64,000 nucleotides of DNA, taken from Mobula hypostoma (Eukaryota). The position numbers and the translations under genes were made by a program. Location of the stretch: positions 80,540,001 to 80,604,000 of the forward strand of contig NC_086097.1 in NCBI RefSeq assembly GCF_963921235.1, read 5' to 3'. Below are positions 50,531-64,000 of this stretch, in pieces. Within the stretch, counting starts at the first letter, position 1, and the number at the start of each line of letters is the position of its first letter. Below the pieces are notes generated by a model that made no database searches, had not been told where the DNA came from, and saw only the letters and a program-made list of their open reading frames with translations.

Positions 50531-51027
50531 CTTCATTTTTCATGACATTATTCAACCAAGTAATTACACACAATATTTAGTCTTACTCTGATGTAAAAGA
50601 TAATACAGTCCTACATGAGGTACTATAGAATATTCAGCATGTCAAGGACATGCAGTCTAAATTGCAAGAGCTGTTGAGTGCAGATTTCTTTTTGATGGAT
50701 GAAGAGGATAGTGGGGGAAGGATACTTGCAAACTACAAAGATTTAATATAACGTATAATATAATAGTAAATACCTCAGTGGCTGTATCCACAAATATTTA
50801 GAAACTGAAGCGCTGCCTTATGCCAAGCTATTACTGAAATGCTATTCTGAATTCAATTAATATGAAACTTTATCAGTGAATAAGCCTTAGTGCAGAATTG
50901 TGGGTCACATTGACCTCAACTGATATTCATTTATCCAAAATAAACATAGACTATTGCTGTAATAATGAACGGAGCAATGTTCTGCCCAAATTCTCATCCA
51001 CAGTTTAAACTAACTTATTTTCAATGG

Positions 51028-51630
51028 ATTAGGTTAGATTATGAGGACACACAGTCCTCTTTTATTGTCATTTAGTAATGCATGCATTAAGAACTCCTTC
51101 CGGTGTGATATCACAAAACACAGGACAGACCAAGACTGAAAAAACTAACAAAACCACATAATTATAACATATAGTTACAACAGTGCAACAATACCATAAC
51201 TTGATGAAGAACAGTCCATGGCACAGTAAAAGAGTTCAAAGTTTCTCAAAAGTCCCACATCTCACACAGACAGGAGAAGGAAGAAAACTCTCCCTGCCAT
51301 GCCCGACCACAGTCTGACTCTGAGTCGTCCGAAACCTTCGAGCCTCTGATCAGTACCGAGCACCATCTCTATCCAAACGATTCGACCTCAGTCTCGGTCG
51401 CCAGCAGCAGGCAAAGCTGGGGATTTTGAGGCCTTCTCTCCGGAAGATTCTCGATCACGCAGTAACAATGGCAGCGAACTGGCATTTCAGAAATTTCTCC
51501 AGATGTTCCTCTGTGCTTTCATGTCTGTCTCCACCAAATCAGAATTGTCCACGGCCCCTATTTAACGGATATGATATCATTTTCACCAGACAGCTGCGCG
51601 TGCGCGGCAAACTGCTATCGCCTCCTCCAG
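51028..51630 (-). mobile_element. Non-coding LINE-tail (Rex1-type) element
   Basis: Minus strand ends aatgacaataaaagagg..(ctaat/ctaac)n, similar to the tail at 52365-52392. Confidence 0.5.
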
Positions 51631-51744
51631 CCAATGGTGTGCTAGTCATTTCTCAAGAAACCTTGATCCGTATCAGAACTTAGACCACCAGTGCATGAGC
51701 CAATACATGACTAGTGAGAGCCCTATCTCATTCATTAATAACAC

Positions 51745-52392
51745 GTCTATGATCTCACCTGGTCCCTGAACTCCTCCAACCTGATCAAAAAGGTGCAACA
51801 GCGCCTTTATTCCTTTATTTCCTGTGGAACATCAAGAAAGCTCACCTCTGTCCCAGGATACGGACGGACTTTTACCGCTGTACCATTGAGAGCATGCTCA
51901 CCAACTGCATCTCAGTGTGGTATGGCAATTGTCCCGTATCGGACCGCGAAGCACTCCAGCGAGTGGTGAACATTGCCCAGCAGATTATCGGCACCCAATT
52001 GCCCACCACTGAGAACATTTACCGTAAATGCTGCATGGGCAGGGCAAAAAACATTATCAAGGATGCATCTCACCCTAACCATGGACTTTTTACTCTCCTC
52101 CCATCTGGTAGGCACTACAGGAGCCTCCGCTTCCGCACCAGCAGGCGCAGGAAAAGCTTCTTCCCTGAGGTTGTGACCCTGCTGAACCTCTCATCACAGC
52201 GCTAAGCAGTATTGCACCCATATTGTACTGTCTCAGTACTTTTATATTTGTGTGCTGTAGTACTTACTTTTTATTCGCAGTTATTTTGTAAATAACACTA
52301 TTCTTTTGCATTTCTGGTTAGATGCTATTTCTATTTCATTAGCTTTGTATCTGTACTCGGCACAATGACAATAAAGTTGAATCTAATCTAAT
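51745..52392 (+). mobile_element. Rex1/Babar-like LINE 3' end
   Basis: ESMLTNCISVWYGNC..LQRVVNIAQQIIG..LLPSGRHYRSL..SFFPEVVTLLN; tail (aatct)n. Confidence 0.9.
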
Positions 52393-53553
52393 CAGAAATA
52401 TATTTAAAACCTTACCCACTTAATTTATTCTTTCAATGTCTTCATTACAATTTTATTTCAAGACCTGACCCATTGAATCATAGAAATAGGTCCCTTAGAC
52501 CACGTGCTGACCATTACAACCATCTTTACTAATTCCATTTACCCGCTTAAGTCCACAGTCTTGAATGTCTTGGAGGTGCAAGTGCTTCTTAATTGTAATG
52601 AGTGCATCTGCCTCCAGCACCTTATTTAGCTCATTCCAGGTTCCAACCATGCTATGTGAAAAGATTCCAACACATCCTCTGTAAACCTTTTACCTGTTAA
52701 CCTAAAGCTTTGGCCACTTACATCTGACACCCACCCTCTTTCTTAACTTTCTACTAGAAAGCACATTTATTCCTAAAAGGTATATGCACAGTACAGAGCC
52801 AAAACCAAATGGAGATCTTTCTAGCTATTTATTACAAGCCAAGTATAAAACTCCAAAGTTTTGCTGCACCTTTCAAGAATCTCTTAGTTTTTTTGAGCTT
52901 TAGCTGTTCCTAGAACAAAGGTAACTAACCTTCCCAAGACTTGTGAACCTTTGATTAAATACCGGTTTGAAAGAATGGTCCTTAGTATCAAGGATTAGAT
53001 ATAATTAAGATAATTAGATATTATTCAGTACTGCATGTTGTACAATTTACTTCACAAAAACCACATGGAGAATTTTTTAGTAATCTTTCTCAATGTCAAG
53101 TGCTGGCTCAGCCTAAGATCCCACATAATACAGTCAAATTCCAGGCATGTTCTCGGTTTCAGTTTTGTTTACAGCCTATGGTGCTTCACATCTCTTGTAC
53201 ACTCCAAATCCTAAGCATCATTATGAACTGCTTCACTTTCCAGTTCTCCTAAGGATTAGCTTGCACCGAGGCCAAAGCTCCCAAACCAATGCACGTCAAC
53301 TCCGAGTCTCATTATCTACAAAACTGAAGAAAGTGGCCAATTTGGAAACCATATACATTACAAAACATCTACATTCTGGGTTCCTTTGGATCATTTCCCA
53401 CGACTGGAGAACCCAATACCATATTCGGTGATGCTTTCTTCCTCAACAATATCGAGGATCAAAAATGTTCTGGTTAGTCAATATCACCAGTCAGTTATTC
53501 TCTGCAGTTATCCTTCAAAGGCCAACCTGTGCTTAAACTGGAATTAAATCCGT

Positions 53554-53730
53554 AAATACTGAAACATTCAGTGAGTCAGACAGGCAGTATCTATGAAAAG
53601 TGAAGCATCGGCAACATTTCAGGTCAAAAACCTTTCATCAGAACTAACAACTTGAACAGTAATCCTATTACGTTTCAGTGTGGGCTGCTTTGTCATTTTT
53701 TTCCCCCCATAGATGCTGCCTGATTTACTA
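53554..53730. mobile_element. Old miniature palindrome of Penelope termini
   Basis: caggcagtatctatg ... catagatgctgcctg inverted pair; minus-strand ttctgatgaaaggtttttgacctgaaatgttg hammerhead remnant. Confidence 0.6.
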
Positions 53731-56109
53731 AACACAAATGAAATATCAAAAATGGAATCATTGAGAATCTGAAGAAAGAGTGAAAAGATAGCAGATGTTA
53801 CAGTCAAAAGGATTGATTTCCTCCAACCTAATGTTCTCCACGTGCAGCAAGGAAATATAAAATGATGAATTAGATTTCACATGCATTAATTTAACACTGT
53901 TAGTGTTCCAGGGAGAGTTTGTGGATATTTCTTTTTAAATCAAATAGAATTTATAACATCATGTTAGCATTAACTTATACACATGGACCGCGACAGACAG
54001 ATACGGAAGTAAAACCCAGCATGCAGTCTTCGACAGAAGACATAAGGAAGGTGATGCAGTGGTGATCAGTGCCAACTTCACTTACGATGTGGCTGGATGA
54101 CCACTCAAATTGCCACTACAAGCCAAAAACTGGGAGATGGGATTAATTTGGATGGATTCTTACTGCTTAGTACGGATACCATGGGCCATATGACCTGTTT
54201 CCATGCTGTACAAAATCGCTGATAGATACAACAAGGCCTTTAATTAGGTTAAAAACAATTTGCAATGTATAGCATCTTGATCGTTAGAACTCCCCCCCCC
54301 CCAATGTATCACCAGGCAAAACGTGGTGGAAAGGCATTTAGAGAGAGACAGAGAGACTAACTGCTTTAAGTGAGTCTTCAAGGTGATCAACTACATTACT
54401 TAACATGAGCCCAAATAATTCAGGATAAACAGCTTAAGAAATATATCATCAAATTCTTGCCATCAGACATGTCAGTGTATTGCAATTCAAATCTCCCCAA
54501 GCACCAGAGAAGTTAAATGAAAGAAGAGCCGAAATATTGCAATTGTAAGGTTGTTCGATGCCTGGTAGCTACAGATTGGGTCAACCATTCATATTAAGGT
54601 GTGCACTGAGAGTATTTCCCCTCAGACCTTGACTCATTTTGTTTTGCCAATGTTTTGTTTTCCAAAGTTGGATTCACTTATTAGGCACCATGCTTCCTTG
54701 ACAGAACTGCCGACACCAGTCAAAGAAGCTGCAGGTATAAGGAAATAACCATCACCTGCATGTTCCTGTCCAGGTCACAGACTATCCCAACTTGGAAATG
54801 TTTCACCAGTCCTTTGTCATTGTTGAGGCTATATTTTAATATTTCATACCTGATAGCTTTATGGGCATGCTTTCACCAGAAGGACTCCCAAAGTTCAATG
54901 AGGTTGAATGCCAACTTTTAAAGAGCAAAATGGGCTGGAACACAATGTTGGTTTTGCCATTGTCATGCCCATCCCTTATATGAATGTAAGTGTAGCATAG
55001 AAACAGCATGGCTCACCTATTTCACTGAGTTCTCACTGACCTGTTCACATGGAGTCTCTGCTCTTAATGACCAGAAAGAACATCGCTAGGAAGGTGATGT
55101 TGGTTAGGTTTCTAACAGAATGCCAGCTAAGTTCAGTAACAATGTCTGGACTCCTATAACTGATGAACTTTCATCTTAAAATTGAATCAGCTATTAAAGA
55201 TATGAATAAATGGTGTCTTTATCAAAGCTTTTCAAAATTTGGCTACTGAAAATTCTATTGCTTCCATGCTTTGTTGTTAGCAAGGTGTGTGTGTATGGAG
55301 AACCAAAGAAGAAATGTATTACCTCATACTTCTGCTGATGAAAGTAAAATCAATATTTTTTAGTTTATTTTAGCCTTATTTCTATACAAACGAATAGACC
55401 AAAGTGATAACACAACAAATTATGTGAGCTTTACAGGGTTCTTTATGGTACAAGTTATTTGACTAATATGGTTTGATTGGTTAATATATCTAATTCAGAA
55501 ACTAATTCAAAAAAATCTCAGTTCTAGATGACAGTAATTGAAATTGTTTTGCTGAATTCTGACAATGAATGTGCTAAGTGCTCTTAATGTGAAGCATTTA
55601 AACTTCTCCAATTTTATGAGATGTTCTGTACTATTGAAGTCAATTGGCAGAGATTCAGAACAAAGGATTTCAATGTTAGAATTAAAACGGAGCTGTCATT
55701 ATGTTTGCTTGCAGTTACAATTGCCTGCTTATGTTTGCAAATGGTTATGTACCACTCAATCTTTTAGGCCCTAAGGGTGAGAACAATGCAACTATTTTCA
55801 ATCCGTGCTTCAGGAGGATATTGAATCACATCAATAGGACACAACTTTGGAATGTGTTTGTCACAACTTGGTTCAAGTTAAACTTTGAACGCTTGTCATC
55901 TGTGTTCATCTTTCAGCAGCTAACTGTTCCTGAGTTTTACCTCTCTTTTGGAATAAAGAATTCAGCCAGCATGTATCTATGGACCATTATAATTCAGACT
56001 TCGTTAGCTTTAAGCAAACCTCAGTGTGACAACCATGTCTGTGGTTCACCGTGAAAATTCTGCCTTCTTCACACACTGGTCCTTTTCAACAGACAGCCTA
56101 TTGCGAGTT

Positions 56110-56285
56110 CCATAAGACCATAAGATTCTGGAGCAGAATTAGGCCACTTGGCCGTTTGAGTCTGCTCCGCCATTTCAACATGGCCGATCCATTTTCCCTC
56201 TCAGCCCCAGACACCTGCCTTCTCCCTGTATCCCTTCATGCTCTGACTAATCAAGAATTTATCAACCTCTGCCTTAAATATATTC
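56110..56285 (-). mobile_element. CR1 3' end
   Basis: (ccataaga)2 tail and similarity to 44005-44180. Confidence 0.8.
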
Positions 56286-56742
56286 CCCTGACCTTGGTAT
56301 CAGTTTTGGAAAATAGTTGCAATCAGACTCCCAGTTCCTCTCTAGCAGTGCAGACATGGCAACATACCTTGTGGGGCATTTTTGACGAACTGAGATCAGC
56401 GACTGTATGGAAATAATGGTCTGACTTTCTGACAATTTGAACAGCAAATTTCCCGACATATACCAGTAGTATGAAACCTGTTCTGATTCCAGTAATGGTG
56501 TTCAGAGGGTGGTGTAAGAGAGGTCAATTCAGCAAACAACAAGAATAACATCTTTGGCAGCCAATTCACTGATAATATTTGGATGAATCCTCAGTGAGCA
56601 GATTACTACAAATGGGGGTGGGGGGGGGTGAAGTGAAGCTGAAAGTTAAGATGGTCAAAGTCATTCCAATCCATTAGCCAGATTTTCCTCCAGCATATTT
56701 AGCTGCAATTTTTCCCTGAAGTGTTTCAAACTTGAATGTGTT

Positions 56743-57258
56743 CAGGTTTCCCCCGCTATCTGAAGGTAGAGCGTTCCTATGAAACCTTTCGTGCCGAAAT
56801 GTTGTAAAGCGAAGAAACAATTACCAATAGTTTATATAGGAAAAATTTTTGAGCATTCCAAGACCCAAAAAATAACCTGCTAAATCATAACAAGTAACAC
56901 ATAAAACCTAAAATAACACAAACATATAGTAAAAACAGGAATGATATGATAAATACACAACCTATATAAAGTAGAAATAATGTATGTACGGTGTAGTTTC
57001 ACTTATCAAAATCGGGAAGACAACGTGTCAAAATCTATTTGGAGAAAAAAAATCCGCATGTACACGCATACGCACACAACTGCCCGCACAAGGCTTCATG
57101 GTCATGGTAGTCTTTCTCAGGGTAAACACATATAAAGGGGGCATCTTTTTTTTGTAAAACCGAAACTCCTCTTTGGTTAGCGAAAACAGGTACTAATGTA
57201 GGTCTTTCATAACAGCGAGCTGTCGTAAAGCAAACGTTTGAAAAATGGGGGACACCTG
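56743..57258. mobile_element. Non-autonomous Tigger-like DNA element
   Basis: Imperfect TIR caggtttccccc / gggggacacctg; TA TSD not preserved. Confidence 0.55.
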
Positions 57259-57349
57259 TTTCTCTAATTTGTTTAGATCTGAGCTACCTAATGCTTTAGG
57301 CAGTAATATGCTAATGCTTGCTATCACTATTTAAAAAATGCTTCAGCAG

Positions 57350-59978
57350 GTAGAAACGTAGAAACATACAAAACCTACAGCACAATACAGGCCCTTCGGC
57401 CCGCAATGCTGTGCCGAACGTATACATACTTCAGAAATTACCTAGGGTTACGCATAGCCCTCTATTTTTCTAAGCTCCATTTACCTATCCAAGAGTCTCT
57501 TAAAAGACTCTATTGTATTTGCCTCCACCACCGTCACTGGCAGCCCATTCCACGGATTCACCACTCTGAGTAAAAAACTTACCCCTGACATGCCCTCTGT
57601 ACCTACTTCCAAGCACCTTAAAATTGTGCCCTCTTGTGTTAACCATTTCAGCCCTGGGAAAAAGCTATTGACTATCCACATGATCAATGCCTCTCATCAT
57701 CTTATATACCTCTATCAGGTCACCTCTCATCCTCCATCAATCCAAGGAGAGAAGGCCAAGTTCACTCAACCTATTTTAATAAGCATGCTCCTCAATCCAG
57801 GCAACATCCTTGTAAATCTTCTCTGCACCCTTTCTATGGCTTCCACATCCTTCCTGTAGTGAGGTGACCAGAACTGAGCACAGTACTCCAAGTGGGGTCT
57901 GACCAAGGTCCTATATAGCTGTAACATTAACTCTTGGCTCTTGAACTTAATCCCATGGTTGATGAAGGCCAATGCACTGTATGCCTTACTAACCACAGAG
58001 TCAACTTGCGCAGCAGCTTTGAGTGTCTTATGGACTCAGACCCCAAGATCCCTCTGATCCTCCACACTGCCAAGAGTCTTACATTATGCTACATTCTGTC
58101 ATCATATTTGACCTACCAAAATGAACCACTTCACACTTATCTACATTGAACTCCATCTGCCACTTCTCAGCCCAGTTTTGCATCCTATCAATGTCCCGCT
58201 GCAAATTCTGACAGTCCTCCACACTATCCACAATACCCCCACCTTTGTGTCATCAGCAAATTTACTAACCCATCCCTTCACTTCCTCAACCAGATCATTT
58301 AAGGTCATTTATAAAAAAATCACAAAGAGAACGGGTCCCAGAACAGATCCCTGAGGCACCCCACTGGTCGTCAACCTCCATGCAGAATATGACCCATCTA
58401 CAACCACTCTTTGCCTTCTGTGGGCAAGCCAGTTCTGGATCCACAAAGCAATGTCCCCTTGGATCCCTTGCCTCCTTACTTTCTCAATAAGCCTTGCATG
58501 GAGTACCTTATAAAAATGCCTTGCTGAAATCCATATACACATTTACTGCTCTACCTGCATCAATGTGTTTAATCACATCCTCAAAAAATTCAATCAGATT
58601 TGTAAGGCACAACCTGCCTTTGACAAAGCTATGCTGACTATTCCTAATCATATTTTGCCTCTCTAAATGTTCATAAATTCTGCCTCTCAGGATCTTCTCC
58701 ATCAACTTACCAACTACTGAAGTAAGACTCTCTGGTTTATAATTTTCTGGGCTATGTCTAGTCTCTTTCTTGAACAAGGGAACAATATCTGCAACCCTCC
58801 AATCCTCTGGAACCTCTCCCATTCCCACTGATGATGCAAAGGTCATTGCCAGAGGCTCAGCAATCTCCTCCCTCGCCTCCCACAGTAGCTTGGGGTATAT
58901 CTCACCTGGCCCTGGTGACTTATCCAACTTGATACTTTCCAAAAGCTCCAGCACATCCTCTTCCTAATGTCTATAGGTTCAAGCTTTTCAGTGTTCTGCA
59001 AGTCATCCCTACAATCACCAAGATCCTTTACTGTAGTGAATACTGATGCAAAGTAGTCATTAAGTACCTCCACTATCTCCTCTGGTTCCATACACACTTT
59101 TCCACTGTCACACCTGATTGGTCCTATTCTCTCACATCTTATCCTCTTGCTCTTCACATGCTTGTAGAATGCCTTGGGGTTTTCCTTAATCCTGTCCGCC
59201 AAGGCCTTCTCATGGCCCCTTCTGGCTCTCCTAATTTCACTCTTAAGCTCCTTCCTGCTAGCCTTATGATTTTCTAGATCTCTAGCATTACCTAGTTTTT
59301 TGAATTTTTCATAACCTTCTCTTTTCTTCTTAACTAGATTTTCAACAGCCTTTGTACACCATGGTACCTGTATCCTACCATCCTTTCCCTGTCTCATTGG
59401 AACGTACCTATGCAGAACACCACGCAAATATCCCCTGAACATTCGTCACATTTCTGCCGTACATTTCCCTGAGAACATCTGTTCCCAACTTATGCTTCCA
59501 AGTTCCTGCCTGATAGCTTCATATTTCCCCTTTCTCCAATTAAGTGTGTTCCTGACTTGTCTGCTCCTATCCCTCTCCAAATCTATGGTAAAGGAGATAG
59601 AATTGTGATCACTATCTCCAGAATGCTCTCTCACCGAGAGACCTGACACCTGACCAGCTTCATTTCCCAATACCAGATCAAGTACAGCCTCTCCTCTTGT
59701 AGGTTTATCTTCATATTCTGTCAGCAGACCTTCCTGAACCCAACAAACTCCACCCCATCTAAACCCCATGCCGATCAATATTGGGGAAATTACAATCTCC
59801 CATCATGATAACGCTGTTATTATTGCGCTGTTCCAGAATCTGTCTCCCTATCTGCTCCTCAATGTCCCTGTCATTTATTGGGTGGTCTATAAAAAACACC
59901 CAGTTGAGCTATTGACCCCTTCCTGTTTCTAACTTCCACCCACATTGACAATCCCTCCATGACTTCTTCTTTTTCTGC
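57350..59978 (-). mobile_element. Long CR1 ORF2 (endonuclease C-half to RT, 3' end)
   Basis: [57 protein letters not shown]; tagaaac-type tail repeats. Confidence 0.95.
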
Positions 59979-60869
59979 AAGACACAGAAGTACCTGGAAC
60001 TAGACTAAGATTATCGATAATGCAAGGGAAATGACACTGGACATGGACACAGGCCCTGGCTGAGACAAGGACACTGGGCCTGGGCTAGGACTAAGACTAG
60101 GAAAGCAGGACCTGGACGAGGAACTTGGAACTAGGAGCCTGGACTAGGACTCTGAGCCAGAGACTGGACAGGGACCTGGAATATGAGTCTTGACTTGGGC
60201 TCAGAACCTGGATCCAGGTGAGGACTCGGGACTAGGAATAGACTAGACATGAGATAGTACTGTGAATATGAAACCTAGACTGGGACTGGACGAGGAGACT
60301 CCTGGGCTGGACGAGGCACTAGGACAGGACGAGAACACGAAGCCTTGACTTGGACAGGACTGGAGCACAGCACCTTGAACTTGGAACACAGAAACACAGA
60401 ACACAGAGTCAGGACCCCTCCTTGGGAACAGGACATAGGGCCAGGACTTGTACAAGGAACACAGAACCAGGACCCCTCCTTGGGTACAGGACTTAGGGCC
60501 AGGGCTCTACACAGAGGCAGGACCGCTCCTTGGAAACAGGACATAGGGCCAGGACTCTTCTAGACACAGAGCACTAAACACAAGGACACAAAGAGACAGT
60601 TCCAAAGTCAACAATAGATTGTTCCTTATCTTGACACAACAAGGTTCCAGTCTCTCTCCAGCAGGCTAACTTGATGAGGATTCTGACAAAGTGGCAGACA
60701 AGAATTCAGAAGGAAGGAGAAGGGAACAATCCAGCAGGGAATCCTTGGTATTTATGGTGCCAACCCAAAACGAGAATCAGGTGCCTCAATTAAGGCACCC
60801 AATGGAACAAGGGAAAACAGGAAAACCCAGAATAAGGAATCGATAGATTTCACAGACCGGACCATGACA
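59979..60869 (-). mobile_element. Putative LTR-like element with low-complexity and short direct repeats
   Basis: Purine-skewed ggac/agac micro-repeats, three 39-bp repeats (60410-60556), terminus ggaccatgaca shared with 47196-47206. Confidence 0.45.
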
Positions 60870-61389
60870 GATTCTCTTTCTAGATTGCAGCATCTGCAGT
60901 CTCTTATGTCTCCTGAATCATTGCATTCAGATCTGGAAAATACAGATGTAGCAATTTCAGATGCCTGTACACTGTACAATGCATTCATAAGGATTCAAAA
61001 GTTAAATTTAGTCCCCTTTGCAGCAGGAGTAAAATACAAAAGCAGGACCAATGAATGGAGTTGAGCACACATCTAGGCATACAGTTAACAACAGAATTAT
61101 TGAACTGAGCAGTGATCTTGTCTAAAACCAGAGATGGATGTGAGGGAACCATAGAAAGCAGCAAGAAGTGGTGGGCTTGAAGGCAGAGTAAGGATTTGAG
61201 AGGCTCCCAGGAGTAGCTGTATGTATTCATAAGTTTAATTAAAACTAAATTGGTGATGGTGAGACATAAACTATGGAAACAAATTTAATCTCAGCAGTAC
61301 ATAATATGCTGAAAAGTTAGCTTTTTGCTCTCTAATGTGAGATTTAATGATCAGACGATGAACTGTAATCCATAAAGGAAAGCCACATG

Positions 61390-61610
61390 AGAATCAGGAT
61401 CAGGCTTGTTCGCACTCTCAAATTTGTTGTTTTGTGGCAGCCGTGTAGTGTAATATATTAAAAAATTACTATAAAATATATGAAAAATGATTAAGGTAAA
61501 ATTGTGAGGTAGTGTTCATGGACTCTTCAGAAACCTAATGGTGGAGTGGAAGAAGCTACTTCTAAAATATTGAGTGTGTGTCTTTAGGCTCCTCTTCACT
61601 GTCAATGACC
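61390..61610 (-). mobile_element. Rex1-like LINE 3' tail
   Basis: Minus-strand RSLKTHTQYFRSSFFHSTIRFL then 3' UTR. Confidence 0.6.
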
Positions 61611-62373
61611 TTGTATGCAGTGACCACATTTGAGTGAATTTACTTCTGCACAGTGTTTCCAGCACAGCAAGCTGAAAAGTGTAAGAATGAGGTGGCACTG
61701 TTTGCCCTCTCTGGAAAATAATGAATGCACTGCCTCAGATAAGGGAAGTGATCCATTTCCCGTGGACACTACATCATGGAACGTGACTGTTCTACTTGAC
61801 AAAATCTGGCACTTGCTTGGAATTTAAAGTCTTGCTTACTGATGGAACAGATACAAAAGTACAGATTCTCTATATTGTGTTTTCAGTATCTGAATCTCAT
61901 GATCTCATGATCATCCATGAAATCAGAACTCTTGGCACCAACCTCTCACTAAATTTCTCACTTACTTGCTAGTTCTTCCAGTGAGGAAGCTACAGGCAAA
62001 TTTAAACAGGACATCTTATATCAAGATTGTATCAAGGTGACCATGGTGGTACTCCCGCCTTCTCCATTTCCACCTCAAATTATGAACACGGAATAATGCT
62101 GTATTCAGGCATAGCTAACAAGTAATTAAACTAGGTCATTTATTTTGCAGTTCATGTTTTGGAAATGTTGTTGAGAGTGCCACAAAATGACCAGGATGCA
62201 ATTTAATATTGATACATCTTGGACAAAAAGCACTTCAAAATTGATATCTTTGTCAGAGTGGCAGTTAAATTATTAAGGTAAACTGAAGATAGTAAAGCTA
62301 AGCATCAAGGAAAGACTCTCCCACCAATTGTTGCACATAGTCACTTAGATCCATTGTGACTAAATTTTATATA

Positions 62374-62876
62374 CAGTACTGTGCAAAAGTCTTAGGCACC
62401 TAGATTATTTATATGGTTTCACATGGTATGGCCTCCAAAGAGCCCTGATCTCAACATTATTGAGGCTGTCTGGGATTACCTGGAGAGAAAGAAGCAAGTA
62501 ACACAGCTAAAGTCTTCAGAAGAACAGTGGCAAGTTCTCCAAGACCTACAAGCTGATTTTCTTATAAAACTGCATGGCAGTGTACCTAAAAGAATTGATG
62601 CAGTTTCAAAAGCAAAGGGTAGTCACACCAAATATTGATTTGATTTAGAAATTTACTGTTTACTGCTCTTCATAGTAATTTTTTAGATACTTAGGGACTT
62701 CTAATTTCATTATTTTTGAACGTATATTTGCTTTACTGAGCAACACACACAAAATACCAAAGGAACTCAGCAGGTCAGGCAGCATCAATGGAAATAAATT
62801 AGCAGCTGACGTTTCGGGCTGAGACATTTCTTACAGAATTTTTTTTACATACGCCCAAGACTTTTGCACAGTACTG
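62374..62876 (+). mobile_element. Internally deleted Tc1 derivative (503 bp) with nested Penelope terminus fragment (~62738-62826, minus)
   Basis: TA|cagtactgtgcaaaagtcttaggc ... gcccaagacttttgcacagtactg|TA (24-bp TIR, 1 mismatch); transposase C-terminus WPPKSPDLNIIEAVWDYLERK..AKGSHTKY. Confidence 0.92.
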
Positions 62877-64000
62877 TATAATATGCCACTGTGTTGTATT
62901 TATAGCCTGGTAAGTGAATGCAAACTACTTAAAAATTAAATGCGATGAGAAAATTCATAAAGAGGAAACCACAGAGGTTCATTTTACTTTGTAGTTTCTT
63001 TTGAACTCTGCTGTTATATTTCTTTTCCCCATTATTAATTACATCTACTTGGGGCTGGATTTGACAAGTAAGTCAAGGACAATATGTTAATTCCGAAAAT
63101 TCAGCAAGATCATCTGCCATCCACAGAATTGCTGGTGAAGCAGTATTAGTTACACTTAATTTAGCGGTGCAGTGATTTAACAAAGCAGCACTTCAAAAAT
63201 TCTTTAAAGCCCTTGAATTCTCTTGTCTTTGGACCTGCATCATCAAGATACCTTAGAGGTACTTCCAACCCCGGGGCAGGGGAAATGGTTTGCTTCTCAA
63301 CAGTTCTAAAAAATTCTAAAGTTGTCATCAGGACTGTCTTTTTTCCTCTCCCCACTACTTCTCCCCCCCCCCTCCCCATGCCTCTCTTCGCATTTTAACA
63401 TTTTTATATTAAAAGCATGTCCAGGATTTTTTAAAATGTAATGTCAACAATGGACAGCAACTTCATGTTTATTGCACAAACATGGAAGTTATGAGGTAGA
63501 TGTTCTTCACTAGAAATTGTTCAACTACAATGCAGCCTTGGACTGCTGGATCTGAAAACCCCATGCTATTATTCCTGCCTTTCTATTTCTAATGGCAATT
63601 ATTTCTTTTTATGATCTTGCCCTCTTGGACTTGAACTCTGGCAGATTTGCTACTTCTCTCCTTTGCTCTGTTCATGGCTATGCTTTCAGCTACTGGGATT
63701 ATGTATGGCAGAGCACCCTATATGGGTTCTTCGTGCTCTCTTTCTGCAGGCACCTCCACAAACCTGTACCTTTGGACTTTGGAACCAATGGTTAATTAGC
63801 AATAGTTTTGATTCTGCTTTTATGAAGCAACAAAACTAAACCACCAAACCTTCACTGTGAATATTGCTAATCCTTCAATCATACAACCTTACTAAGAGCT
63901 ACAACACAACTTAATAAGGTCATCCTGATTGGTCGGAGTATATAGCTATCACCTTCAGAATCCTCCCAGAACCTGTCCTTTGCCTATCCTCGAAATTGCT

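Noticed and set aside
60410..60556. CRISPR-like repeat-spacer pattern
   Set aside because: Only three imperfect repeats, short unequal spacers that resemble each other (acacaga), no cas genes, vertebrate context
63161..63379. 72-aa minus-strand ORF that looks protein-like
   Set aside because: No acceptor with a pyrimidine tract on that strand, no recognisable motif, starts in a G-rich low-complexity run

Overview
Eukaryotic, AT-rich, transposon-saturated intergenic or intronic DNA from a vertebrate. The repeat mix (CR1, Rex1/Babar, V-SINE/HE1-like, Penelope-like, Tc1) suggests a cartilaginous fish, probably a ray; this is inference. No host protein-coding gene could be supported. Main contents: (1) a decayed Tc1 (4804-7781) with an L1 fragment in its right TIR; (2) an old Mag-type Gypsy element (11241-19846) inside a CR1, itself interrupted by a young 3.6-kb head-to-head palindrome of two Penelope-like (RT + GIY-YIG) copies with a 14-bp TSD; (3) a third young Penelope copy with a 15-bp TSD; (4) a young, GC/CpG-rich CsRN1-type Gypsy (37577-41774) whose gag-pol is broken by one in-frame TGA; (5) many CR1/Rex1 fragments and MITEs. 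The most notable unannotated signal is a set of minimal hammerhead ribozymes at the Penelope termini, plus a recurring architecture: outward-facing inverted termini with one end about 37-41 nt longer, seen from 0.2 to 3.6 kb and in two Penelope families. There is also a perfect 140-bp inverted templated insertion at 31155-31294. All alignments were done by eye; family names were not checked by database search.
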